Part shown: positions 1 to 9,500 of the stretch, one piece after another
How the letters are laid out: the number at the start of each line of letters is the position of its first letter
Numbering within the stretch: the stretch's first letter is position 1
IMG/VR virus record: IMGVR_UViG_3300014168_000014
Span: 1 to 28,019 of that record
Strand: one strand, 5' to 3'
DNA: 28,019 bases
Source of the DNA: a virus
Lineage: Duplodnaviria; Caudoviricetes
Made by a program: the position numbers and the translations under genes
Notes under the pieces: model-generated
The model's input: the letters and a program-made list of their open reading frames with translations, nothing else
What the model was told of the DNA's origin: nothing
Databases searched by the model: none

Positions 1-289
1 GATACCGCAGAGCCGGGCCCCCGGGCGCCGCCACATTCCGGTCTTGCCGCTCTCATAACGGAAGACCGGACGGGTCCATTTCAGCTCCGCGCAGGCATGC
101 CGGGTCTGAAACGTGGCGCAACCCCACTGGCTGATGGAGGCGCGGCCGTTACTGCGGAGAAATTCAAGCCACGCGCGGCGGGCGGGCGTGACGATTGGAC
201 GGTTTGTAATCTGTCTATTCCTACAGTTAGGTTATATTAACGGTTTCGACAGTATTATACTATACCCCAATCACGTCAAGGGAAAATCA

Positions 290-318
290 TTGCCTAGTGC
301 TTGCGCTCGCGTTATATG
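290..318 (+). promoter_or_regulatory. Putative sigma70-type promoter TTGCCT-N17-TATATG
   Basis: TTGCCT at 290-295 and TATATG at 313-318 with a 17-nt spacer, in the AT-rich intergenic region upstream of the AGGGAG RBS (345-350) and ATG 361. The -10 lacks the final T. Confidence 0.35.
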
Positions 319-360
319 AACGACGCTACATGTTGATTCTTGTAAGGGAGCAAGAAGGCC

Positions 361-399
361 ATGCCATACACCCCAGCACAGAGACGTCTTCCATCATGA
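361..399 (+). CDS. 12-aa leader/remnant ORF MPYTPAQRRLPS*, an orphaned copy of the N-terminus of the 1027..1338 gene
   Basis: AGGGAG RBS at 345-350. 8 of its first 10 residues match MPYTDKQRRL at 1027. Its TGA (397-399) overlaps the endonuclease ATG (396-398) as ATGA. Not in the ORF track because it is too short. Confidence 0.65.
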   Translation: MPYTPAQRRLPS

Positions 400-1040
400 A
401 CGACAAGGAAAAAGCAGCTTACGTGGCGGCGTTCATTGATGGTGAAGGCCATGTAGGCTTGCATCTCATGAAGAGCCAGCAGGGCAAGCGCTACTTCAAT
501 CGTGTCATCTCATTCTCGAATACGGATAAGTCTCTTATAGATTTTATGACGACAATTTGTATCGATCTAGGTTTCAATCCTGTGGTTCGTTTTAAAGCTC
601 AAGTTAAAGCACACCATCAACCGGCATGGGAGGTGACGCTTTGCGGAAAACGAGAAGAGTTTGAACGTTTTCAGCAGCTTATACAACTTCATAGCACTAG
701 AAAACAAGAAAAACTACAGCAGATTGTTGATAGCTATCTGCCGAGTATATCCAGAATGACATTCTCGTGTGACGTCTGTGCGAAAACGGTCGCGAGAAAA
801 CCATCACAGGTCGGGACGAAGCGCTACTGTTCAGTAACGTGCAAAAACGAAGGCGCAAAAATCCATATCAGCAAGATTTGTCCTGTATGCGAACAGACAT
901 TCACAGGCGCGTCAAGCCGTATAAAAGATCAAAAATACTGCAGCCCATCTTGTCGCAGCAAAACATTCTCTGCGCGGATAGCCAAGTTAGCTAAGGCCGG
1001 CTCGGATGCTAGATGGAGTAAAAGCAATGCCTTACACTGA
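396..1040 (+). CDS. Free-standing LAGLIDADG homing endonuclease with two C-terminal zinc-finger-like repeats
   Basis: Single LAGLIDADG helix AYVAAFIDGEG near the N-terminus followed by ISFSNTDKSLIDF. Two CxxC...YCSxxC repeats (CDVC..YCSVTC; CPVC..YCSPSC). AT-richer codons than the neighbouring structural genes. ATG 396 preferred over GTG 297. Confidence 0.85.
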   Translation: MNDKEKAAYVAAFIDGEGHVGLHLMKSQQGKRYFNRVISFSNTDKSLIDFMTTICIDLGFNPVVRFKAQVKAHHQPAWEVTLCGKREEFERFQQLIQLHSTRKQEKLQQIVDSYLPSISRMTFSCDVCAKTVARKPSQVGTKRYCSVTCKNEGAKIHISKICPVCEQTFTGASSRIKDQKYCSPSCRSKTFSARIAKLAKAGSDARWSKSNALH

Positions 1041-1338
1041 CAAACAAAGAAGATTATTTCACGAGTTGGCAGAAAATCCAGACGCGGCACGGCGTCATGG
1101 TGTGTCGCGCAAGGAAGGTCAGCGTCTCGCCAACGAGGCAGATAAGCTGGCGCGCGAGGGCAAGGAGAAAAGGGAGAAAAAATCATCGGATTTAGGGAGT
1201 TTGCCGGTGATGCAGGCATCCGGTGCGCAAATCACACGCCAGATGGACCAAGTTCGCCAGCAAATCATCACAAATCCGCCAACCGGCACGATGAAAGGCA
1301 GTTTTGTTGATCTTTCTCGGGTTTTTGGTCGGAAATAA
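1027..1338 (+). CDS. Small basic phage protein (103 aa) upstream of the terminase, function unknown
   Basis: GGAG RBS at 1015-1018 before ATG 1027. Overlaps the endonuclease stop and ends 8 nt before terL. A small-terminase role is suggested only by position. Confidence 0.7.
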   Translation: MPYTDKQRRLFHELAENPDAARRHGVSRKEGQRLANEADKLAREGKEKREKKSSDLGSLPVMQASGAQITRQMDQVRQQIITNPPTGTMKGSFVDLSRVFGRK

Positions 1339-1346
1339 GGCCGAAC

Positions 1347-4300
1347 GTGTCGGAATCTCAGGAAAATCCACTCGGCCGGACAAAAGAACGCACATCTTTG
1401 GCGATGCATTACGACGCTTTGATGTCCCGGCGCCGTTTTAAGCTGCCGCCGCACCTTTATCCGTTCACAAAAGGCATTGAAGACGACAGAATTCCGTTTT
1501 TATTGGCCATTGGACCGCCAGGGCTCGGGAAAGCGTTGCGTCACGGAACACCAATTTTGACTTCGACCGGCTGGAAAGCCATTGAAAACATTGTGGTAGA
1601 TGATGAAGTAGTCCACCCATCCGGCTATTTCACTAAAGTAGTAGCTACGAGTCGTACACCGAGTATGCCGTTATGGCGTGTGCACTTCGGAGATGGCCGT
1701 ACGCTTGACGCGCATGGTAATCACCTATGGCGTATTCATCATAAAAATATCGGCGTTCGCCGGGTTGAGCTATTTGCTGCGGAGGGTAAACGAGTTCGCG
1801 CTCGAATTCGCGAAACTGAAGTGGGTCAAGCGTGGAAGAACATGACCTCGGACGCATTGGCCGACCTTATGACACGACAACCTAGTTTGCGTTGTTTTGT
1901 TCCTCTTCCGGAGGCAGTAAACCTGCCGGATATCCCGCTTTGGCGGGGTCTAGGTCGGACAAATAAGCCAAAAGTACGGGGGCTGCTGACAAAATACAAC
2001 CCGCAAACTCAAATGGCCCTCCCACCATATCTGCTTGGATGCATCCTTGGAGACGGGTATATAACAGATGACAGTACATCAACGGTGACCACAAGCGATG
2101 CGGAGATGGAACACCTTCTTCGTGCGGATGCTCGACTTGTCGGTCTGAACGTGACGCCTCGGGTTACAGTAAAAGAACACTGTCCAGTCTGGCGGGTTCT
2201 AGGCGCGGCTCCACGTATTCGTGCTTTAGGTCTGGCAAATGCACGCTCTCATACAAAATTTATCCCATCAGTGTATTTCAAGGGGTCTGTTGCTCAACGT
2301 CTAGCCCTTCTTCAAGGATTATTTGATACTGACGGTTATGTTAATGCTGGTGGTAGTCCTGATTTCACGACAACTAGCAGGACTCTGGCAGAAGGGGTTC
2401 AGCGGCTGATTTGGTCCCTCGGGGGTAAAGCAAAAATAACAGTTCACTGCAAAACTTTTGTGCACAAAGGCGAACGGCGTACGGGTAAGCCGGCCTATCG
2501 AGTAGCGGTTCAAGTTCGTGATCCATGGAACTTCTTCCGGCTAACACGGAAAAAAGAAAAAACCTGGAAATCACAATACGCAGACACATTCAAGCTACAT
2601 ATCGAACGCATTGAGCGTATAGATGCAGCAAAAAGCGCATGTATTCAGGTTGAAGCTGAAGACGGTATGTTTTTGGCGGGTGATTTTGTGCCTACGCATA
2701 ATTCGACCCTTTTAGGCATCGCACTGCCCACTTGGTTCCTCGGCAACCAGCCTGACCTGACAATTCTGGGTGTTTCGGCGGGTGAAAGCCTGATCAAGAA
2801 GCAAATCAAGGCGTGCATGGAGATAATCCAGCATTCGCCGGAGTTCCATCAGCTTTATCCGGATGTAAAACCCGATATGCAATCGGGTTGGTCGGCTGAA
2901 AACGGTATAAATGTCACCGGGCATCTGCTGGGCGACCAGGATCCGAGCTATGTTTCGGCTGGTTTGGCCTCGAAAGCCCTTACCGGCGCCCATGCGCGCG
3001 TGCTGATCTGGGATGACTTGCACGACAAGATCAATTCCAACACGGTGGAAGGCCGTCAGGAGGTGGTCAAGACCACCTACGACACGCTTCTGGGCCGTGC
3101 CGACCCTCAAGGTTCCCGTTTTATCGCCATCGGCCGGCGCTGGGCCACGGATGACCTGTACGGTAAGCTGCAGGCGTCCGGGTTATGGGTGGTGATGCAC
3201 CTGCCGGCGCTGCGCCGGGGTGAAAAACGCCTCTGGTGGGATGTTTACGTACCCAAGGATGTCGAGTGTGTCTTCTCTGAAACACTTGAAGAAGACAAAA
3301 CCTATGTTGATCCGAACGGGCTGTTGCGCCGGTTCCGGGCCTATTATGGCGCGGATCCGACCGGAGAGGGTTTTTATTGGCCCAACAGCAAGCAGAAGCG
3401 CATGGAATATATGGCGGTCGCGCGGGAAAACCCCGGCGTCGTCGAAACCACATATAATGGCTATCCGGAGCGTGACGAAGGCCGGGTTTTCGAGGCCAGC
3501 GACTTTAAACCTTATGTGCCGCCGGAAGATTTGCATCTTGGTATAGCCGCACCGTCTGTGCTGCAGTGGGTGCGTGGCAGCCGCGGCTATATGATGCAAG
3601 CCTGGGATACGGCGCTCGGCAAGAAATACTCGGAATCCCGTACTGTGGCGCTTGCCGGGCTGCTGGTGCCGTGCCGCGACTGGCATTGCGGCGAGGATGT
3701 CGACACTCACGGGCCCTGCCCGCATCACTACGATGTCTATCTTACCGATAGATTTTATGAAAGTGTCGACTTCCGTAAATTGCTGAAGGTCTTTCGTGAT
3801 CGCCATGAAAAATGGGGCGCTCGTAAAGAGGTGATCGAGGATAAAGCCTCTGGTACCGACCTGATGCAGCTGCTGAAGGGCGGCAATATCCCGATTGAGG
3901 GCCGGCAGGTGCGTGAAGGCAAGGTTGAGCGTGCCGTGAACGGTGTCGGTGGTGGCGGTGCATCGGTACAGGGTTGGGGTCGCATGGGGCGTATCCGTTA
4001 CCCGTTGGATGCACCCTGGATAAAACCGTTTCTGGAAAATGTCCTGTCATTCACCGGCGATGAGACGCAGCGGTCGGACGATTTCGATACGCTGGTCCAT
4101 CTTGTGTCCGCGGCGATTGAAGCGAGCCGGAAAGGTGGGCGTATTCTGCAGGGCGATAGTCCGAACCCGTGGAGCAACCAGGAAACAGTTTCGGATATCA
4201 CCGATCCGCGCCGGTATATGATGGATGGGTTTACTACTCTTGCCTATCAGGAACAGGTGCGGGCCAGCCGGTTGGCGACTGCCGGGAGCACACCCTTCGA

Positions 4301-4466
4301 CGGCATGTGCGGCAGTTGCGGCAGTTACGATTTCAAGGATGGTGAGCGTTGGTGCTCTCTGAACGATCACAAGACGGCAGCGATACATGGCTGTCGCGGC
4401 TGGCATCGGGCCGGTACACCGCCGCCCGGGCAGGACCAGCTTAAAACAAGACGGTGGGTGGTATAA
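1347..4466 (+). CDS. terL: Terminase large subunit (intein-containing; about 649 aa after splicing)
   Basis: Walker A GPPGLGK/S restored after intein removal, LTGAHARVLIWDD Walker B, IGRRWATDDLYG coupling motif, RNase H-like nuclease AWDTA...IEDKASG...DDFDTL. Directly upstream of the portal gene. Confidence 0.93.
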   Translation: MSESQENPLGRTKERTSLAMHYDALMSRRRFKLPPHLYPFTKGIEDDRIPFLLAIGPPGLGKALRHGTPILTSTGWKAIENIVVDDEVVHPSGYFTKVVATSRTPSMPLWRVHFGDGRTLDAHGNHLWRIHHKNIGVRRVELFAAEGKRVRARIRETEVGQAWKNMTSDALADLMTRQPSLRCFVPLPEAVNLPDIPLWRGLGRTNKPKVRGLLTKYNPQTQMALPPYLLGCILGDGYITDDSTSTVTTSDAEMEHLLRADARLVGLNVTPRVTVKEHCPVWRVLGAAPRIRALGLANARSHTKFIPSVYFKGSVAQRLALLQGLFDTDGYVNAGGSPDFTTTSRTLAEGVQRLIWSLGGKAKITVHCKTFVHKGERRTGKPAYRVAVQVRDPWNFFRLTRKKEKTWKSQYADTFKLHIERIERIDAAKSACIQVEAEDGMFLAGDFVPTHNSTLLGIALPTWFLGNQPDLTILGVSAGESLIKKQIKACMEIIQHSPEFHQLYPDVKPDMQSGWSAENGINVTGHLLGDQDPSYVSAGLASKALTGAHARVLIWDDLHDKINSNTVEGRQEVVKTTYDTLLGRADPQGSRFIAIGRRWATDDLYGKLQASGLWVVMHLPALRRGEKRLWWDVYVPKDVECVFSETLEEDKTYVDPNGLLRRFRAYYGADPTGEGFYWPNSKQKRMEYMAVARENPGVVETTYNGYPERDEGRVFEASDFKPYVPPEDLHLGIAAPSVLQWVRGSRGYMMQAWDTALGKKYSESRTVALAGLLVPCRDWHCGEDVDTHGPCPHHYDVYLTDRFYESVDFRKLLKVFRDRHEKWGARKEVIEDKASGTDLMQLLKGGNIPIEGRQVREGKVERAVNGVGGGGASVQGWGRMGRIRYPLDAPWIKPFLENVLSFTGDETQRSDDFDTLVHLVSAAIEASRKGGRILQGDSPNPWSNQETVSDITDPRRYMMDGFTTLAYQEQVRASRLATAGSTPFDGMCGSCGSYDFKDGERWCSLNDHKTAAIHGCRGWHRAGTPPPGQDQLKTRRWVV
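1533..2702 (+). mobile_element. Class 3 intein (390 aa, Ala1) with LAGLIDADG homing endonuclease
   Basis: Starts ALRHGTPILTSTGWKAIENIVVDDEV and ends FVPTHN/S. Block B DAHGNHLW, block F ACIQVEAEDGMFLAG, LAGLIDADG motifs YLLGCILGDG and LLQGLFDTDG. The W-C-T triplet is present. Confidence 0.92.
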
Positions 4467-4468
4467 AC

Positions 4469-6241
4469 ATGGAAAAGACAGTTACACCCTATGATCCTAA
4501 TGCCATCGCGGCGGATCGCAAGACGCCGCAGGCGCGTGTGCCGCGTCCACCGGAAATGATGCGCGGTTTCGCTCAGGATGCGGATAGCTATCTGAAAGCC
4601 ATTCACAAGGGTTTTCACGATATCGAGTATAGTCTGACGCTTGCCGCGAAAGCGTTGAACACGCCGCCGCAATCCTATTCCTACGCGCGCATTGCTTATA
4701 TGCCGGATGTGTCGAATTCCGGCTTGCTCCAGTGGCCCGGCATCAACCCGGACTCGTTGCGCAAGATCGCACGGGACAATCTTTTGCCGATGCTGATCAC
4801 GAATGCCCGTGTGTCCGATCTGGCGCGCTACTCGCAGCCGTCGACTGTGCCATGGCGTCCAGGCTGGCAGATTTCGATCATGGAATCCGGCCGGGCGCCG
4901 AGCACGCAAGAGCGGAAAGATATTCTTGAGGCACAGCGTTTCATTTACAACTGCAATGTGGAAACAAAATATGATCAGGCACGTGACCGTGACAAAAGCA
5001 TGGTGGCGCCGTTCGAGCAGTTTCTACGCGCTGCGGCACGCGATCTCTACACCTTCGACAGTCTGGCAATCTGGACCGATATGGATAATTCGGACCGGGT
5101 CAAAGCCTTTTCGCTACTGCCCGCCGGTAATATCCGCATGGCCAACCCGCGACAAGGCTATAAGGGTAATATAGACCAGTTTGCGGCGTTGCTTGATGAA
5201 GCCGGCAATCCGATTACCGCCTTCACACGAGACGAATTGGTATGGCGGGTGATGAACCCGCGTACTGAACCCGAGGCTTACGGTTACGGCCTGTCGCCGC
5301 TGGAGCAGGGTGTGCGTGCGATCCAGGGTTTCCAATCCGCGGTCGACCTGAACTGCGATACCTTCACCAAGAGTGGTATACCGGAAGCCATTATAGCGCT
5401 GATGGGTGACTACTGGAACGACGATCAGATGGATCTGCTGTTGCGTGAATGGCAGAACATGAAGAATGGCGTATCCAAGTCCTGGGGCCTGCCGTTCCTG
5501 AGCATTCCCGAGGAAGGCGATATCAAGATCATCCCGCTGAACGACATCAAAGGCAATGACGTTCGCTATCGCGATCACATGAACATGATGTGCGGCATAT
5601 TCTGCATGGTCTCGCAGTTCCCTGTGCGCCGGTTGGGATTGTTCGCATCCGGCCACAATCACGATAACATGCCGTTGCCGGATGAGTCCGTTGAAGAGCA
5701 GGGTGTTGACGATGCAGGTCTGCCGCCGCTTCTGTTTTTCGTAGCGGAGACCGTGAACCAATACCTGCTCTGGAGCCGGTGGCCCCATCTGAAATTCAGT
5801 TTCACCAACACGGATCCGAAGACGGATGCACGGGAGTATGAAGCGAAAAAGAATGCACGTACCTGGGGCGAAAGCCGGGCGGAAGTTGATCTACCGCCGC
5901 TGGCTAAGCTGTTCCCGCCGGAGATGAAGGAAGTTGCGGAACTTATGGAACTGTGCCCGGAAGATCCGAATAAGGCGTCGGTATTTCAGACTGTCGCGGT
6001 GACGTTTCTGAAAGCCAAGTTGGGGTTAGACAAGGGCGGAGATGATACAGCCAACGGTGAGTTGGGAAATGAGTCTGCGCCGGGACAGCGCATGACGTCG
6101 AAAAAGGATCCAGCGCAGTCACAGGCGCATGGTCACAGGGCTGGTGTACGGCGCAATAGTCCAAGCGAACGCAGGGAGAAGCAAGTCAGCTTTAATGTGA
6201 ACGATATTGTTTCGGAAGCTGTAGACAATGCTGTTAAGTGA
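4469..6241 (+). CDS. Portal protein
   Basis: Follows terL. Motifs FTRDELVWRVMNPR..YGYGLSPLE, FTKSGIPEAII and PLLFFVAETVN are typical of phage portals. ATG 4469 with GGTGG upstream. Confidence 0.88.
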   Translation: MEKTVTPYDPNAIAADRKTPQARVPRPPEMMRGFAQDADSYLKAIHKGFHDIEYSLTLAAKALNTPPQSYSYARIAYMPDVSNSGLLQWPGINPDSLRKIARDNLLPMLITNARVSDLARYSQPSTVPWRPGWQISIMESGRAPSTQERKDILEAQRFIYNCNVETKYDQARDRDKSMVAPFEQFLRAAARDLYTFDSLAIWTDMDNSDRVKAFSLLPAGNIRMANPRQGYKGNIDQFAALLDEAGNPITAFTRDELVWRVMNPRTEPEAYGYGLSPLEQGVRAIQGFQSAVDLNCDTFTKSGIPEAIIALMGDYWNDDQMDLLLREWQNMKNGVSKSWGLPFLSIPEEGDIKIIPLNDIKGNDVRYRDHMNMMCGIFCMVSQFPVRRLGLFASGHNHDNMPLPDESVEEQGVDDAGLPPLLFFVAETVNQYLLWSRWPHLKFSFTNTDPKTDAREYEAKKNARTWGESRAEVDLPPLAKLFPPEMKEVAELMELCPEDPNKASVFQTVAVTFLKAKLGLDKGGDDTANGELGNESAPGQRMTSKKDPAQSQAHGHRAGVRRNSPSERREKQVSFNVNDIVSEAVDNAVK

Positions 6242-6521
6242 GGAAAAGCGTATCGACGCTTTCGTGCTGCAATTACCAAAAGATGATTTTGGTGTTGTTC
6301 TGGTGCGGTCTGATCACCAGCATATAGCTCCTGAATTTCTGGTCATGCTGGCCAATCAGGTCAATCTGTATAATCCACGGCTTATGACGGTAGGTATGTT
6401 TCCCGGTACTTCTATTGACATGATGTCGAACGATGAGGTTATGAATTTTGTCTCGCTTGCGACTGACCGGTTCAGCACTGAGCAATTAGCGAAACTCGGG
6501 CTGAAACGTATCACCAACTAA
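6228..6521 (+). CDS. Hypothetical protein (97 aa)
   Basis: Overlaps the portal stop and fills the gap to the next gene. No motif recognised. Confidence 0.6.
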   Translation: MLLSEEKRIDAFVLQLPKDDFGVVLVRSDHQHIAPEFLVMLANQVNLYNPRLMTVGMFPGTSIDMMSNDEVMNFVSLATDRFSTEQLAKLGLKRITN

Positions 6522-6555
6522 ATCACATTATGTAACAAAACAGGAACTTCGTGTA

Positions 6556-9500
6556 ATGGCATCATTGTCGGAACGCCCACCTTTTATTCTTGCTTTCCTT
6601 GCAGACAGCCAGGGATGCGGATGGCATCGTATTCAGGTGCCCATGGGTTCTTTACTGAATGTCGGTTTGGCAGAAGGCCGGATCGATATGCGTCCGTGGC
6701 CGGTGGAGCAGATTGTCGCGGCCAATCCGGACGTCATCGTCTGGCAGCGTCAAGTCGAAGAAGGAATGTTCGATCTTATGGCGTCTTACCGCAAGGCGCT
6801 TCCCAACGTCTTCATGATCTATGAGATCGATGATTTCTTCGCTGGCCTGCCGCCGAAGAGTTTCTGGAGCGGGTTCATTCCGTCGAATGTTGAAGAGCGC
6901 ATCATGCGCGGCATTGCCTTGTGCGACGCCGTTACGACAACCACGGAACGGCTGGCGGCATGGCTGCGCGAGCGCGGCGCCAAGGATGTTCGTGTGGCGC
7001 CAAATGTCGTGCCGATGTCGCGCATGCGCCGCCGCGAGCAGCCGAAGCCGGGTACGAAGCTGCGGATCGGCTGGGCTGGATCGCTGTCACATGAAGGCGA
7101 TATCGAATTGCTCGACAAGGCCATGGCAGACATCGGTGAAGCCGTGGAGTGGGTGTTCATGGGGATCCAACCTAAGAACCCGCCAGTGCGTGTTGAGTTC
7201 CATGAAGGTGTGCCAGTCAATACCTATATGGATGAAATGGAGAAGCTGAACCTGGATCTGCTTCTCGGGCCGCTGGAAGATAACGAGTTCAACCGGTGCA
7301 AGAGTAATTTGCGTTTGCTCGATGCCGGTGCATTGAATGTGCCGGTTATCGCCCAGCGCATTATCCCTTATACCGAAGGCGATCCGCCGGTGTTTGCTTA
7401 TTGCGAGACGCCGGAAGACTGGTCGCGCGAGATTTCACGCTTCATCGCTGCGCCGCCGAAAGAGCGGCAGATGTCTGCCGATGCGCTGCAGCGCTGGGTA
7501 TCACGCTACTTCACGGTCGAAGCCAATATGCATAAGCGGCTGGCGGCCTGGAGCCCGAACAGCACGGACGACAATCGTTTCCGCCCGCGCGCCACGCAGA
7601 CGACGATTACGGATACCGTGATCGTCAGCGCCGAGAAGCGCGAGTTCCCAGGCATGCCGTCCGTGCTGCGTAAGGCACCTATTTATTCTACCCTGGAAGA
7701 AGGTGCCCGTGCCGCCATGGCCAAGGGCGCCAATCTGCTCTGGCTGCGGCCGGGTACGGATTTTGACGTCGATACATGGCGGGCCCTGACAGGGATTATG
7801 GCTGAGAATGGCGAGCCGGACGGCAAGACAGCGCCGGTCGCGGCGGCCATGCCGCTGTCACCGGATGGTCCGAACGCTTTTCCACGTCTTGCGGCTTTCA
7901 CCCCGACACAGGCGCGCACCGGTATCGCCACAGCCAAGGCCCTGCGCGCGGTGGTGCCCGGCAAGCGGCTGAACGTCCTGCTGCTCGGCGGCCCCTGCGT
8001 CTTCATCGGCAAGCATGCTTTGGCGCATTTTGGTGTGCCGGATGTCATCGACAATGGCGATAACGAGGAAGTCGCGATCCTGGAATGGGGTTTCCGTGCC
8101 GCAACCAAGGGATGGCGGATTATGCAGGCGGCGGACGCTTATGCCTGGACCATGGCGGCGCCGATCCCTGCGACACAGGAACAGGTACAGCGCTTGCAGG
8201 CGCGTGGTTATGCGCCGCTATTGCAGGTCCAGACTGACAGTTTGAGCCCGGAAGAGCGTCGGGATATCGAGCTGCAGCTTCTACGCTTCGAATGGGAAGG
8301 CCCTCGTCCGGGTCTGGCCGGGTTCGCCGGCGACTATGCGGCGTGGTCTCTGTTGCGTGACAGCGCATTGCCGAGCCATGAGTTGCGATGCGATATCAAG
8401 GTGCAGACCTATGGTAAGCCGTTCCCAGACGCGGAATGGGTGGTGCCGGCCGGTGCTATATTGCGTCCTGGCGCGCTGGCGCGCTTCTCGGAAGTATGTG
8501 CCAAGGCTGGGCCGGAAGTCATGGTGGTTTATGCCGATCACGAGACCATGGGTCTCGATGGCAAACCGAATCCGTGGTTCAAGCCTGATTTCGATGCTAC
8601 CCTGTATCTAGCTTATGATTATGTGACACCGGTCTGCGCGGTTCGGACAAGCCTGATACCCGGCGGCAAGACTGAGCTGGATCATGATCTGCTGCCTATC
8701 ATCATTGTGCATGAACAGAACGGTTACGACAGCCGGAAAAATTTCATTCATATTCCTGAAATTCTTGGTGCGACCGTAGACGATGCTCCGGAATTGATGG
8801 CGGTCAAGACGATGATCCGCCATGATATCGTGCAGAAGGGGTTTGGGCAAACAGCCGAGGTAACAGTGAACCGCCGCGCGCCGGGCGCGCTTACCGTAAC
8901 CCCACGGCTTGTCGAAGATGATTGGCGCCCCGTGGTTTCGGTGATTATCCCGACCAAGGGTGATGGCTGGCTATTGGAGCCTTGCCTGAATACACTGCTC
9001 GGCAACACTGCCTATCCAAAATTCGAAGTGCTGCTGGTAATGACCGGCGAAGGTGAACCGCAACTGGGCGCCGCGGTCGGGAATACCCGGCTACGTATAA
9101 TCTATGACCGGGAAAAGCCGTTCAACTGGTCGGGCGTGAATAATCGGGCGGTCAAGGAAGCGGCAGGCGAAATCCTGTGTTTCATGAATGACGATACACG
9201 GGTTCCGTCAGTGGATTGGCTGGACAAACTGGTGGCACATGTCGTGAAACCCGGTATCGGCGCGGTAGGACCGAAGATGCTGTTCCCGCAAGGCATGGTT
9301 CAGCACATCGGCGTGATTGTGCATAAGGGTATCTGCGTGCATCTGCACAAAGGTATGCCGGTCAACCTGACCGGATATCGTGATATTGGCGTGCTGACAC
9401 ATGAGGCCAGTGCGGTTACCGGTGCCTGCATGCTTGTATCGCGCGAGCATTATGACGAGGTCGGCGGTTTCGACGAAAATCTGCGCCTGAATTACAACGA

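Noticed and set aside
106-140. Hammerhead-like words GAAAC and CTGATGG
   Set aside because: The core is CTGATGG rather than CTGANGA, and there is no room for stems I and III with a UH site between them.
254-279. Leftward TTGACG..TATAAT promoter
   Set aside because: Both hexamers are near consensus but the spacer is 14 nt, so it is not called as a sigma70 promoter.
113-319. 68-aa ORF and the GTG-297 extension of the endonuclease
   Set aside because: They cross the AT-rich promoter region, lack an RBS and show no protein-like motifs.
391-1056. Group I intron interpretation of the endonuclease insertion
   Set aside because: There is no non-coding room for a ribozyme core, no terminal G at the implied 3' junction, and the downstream gene has its own RBS and start.
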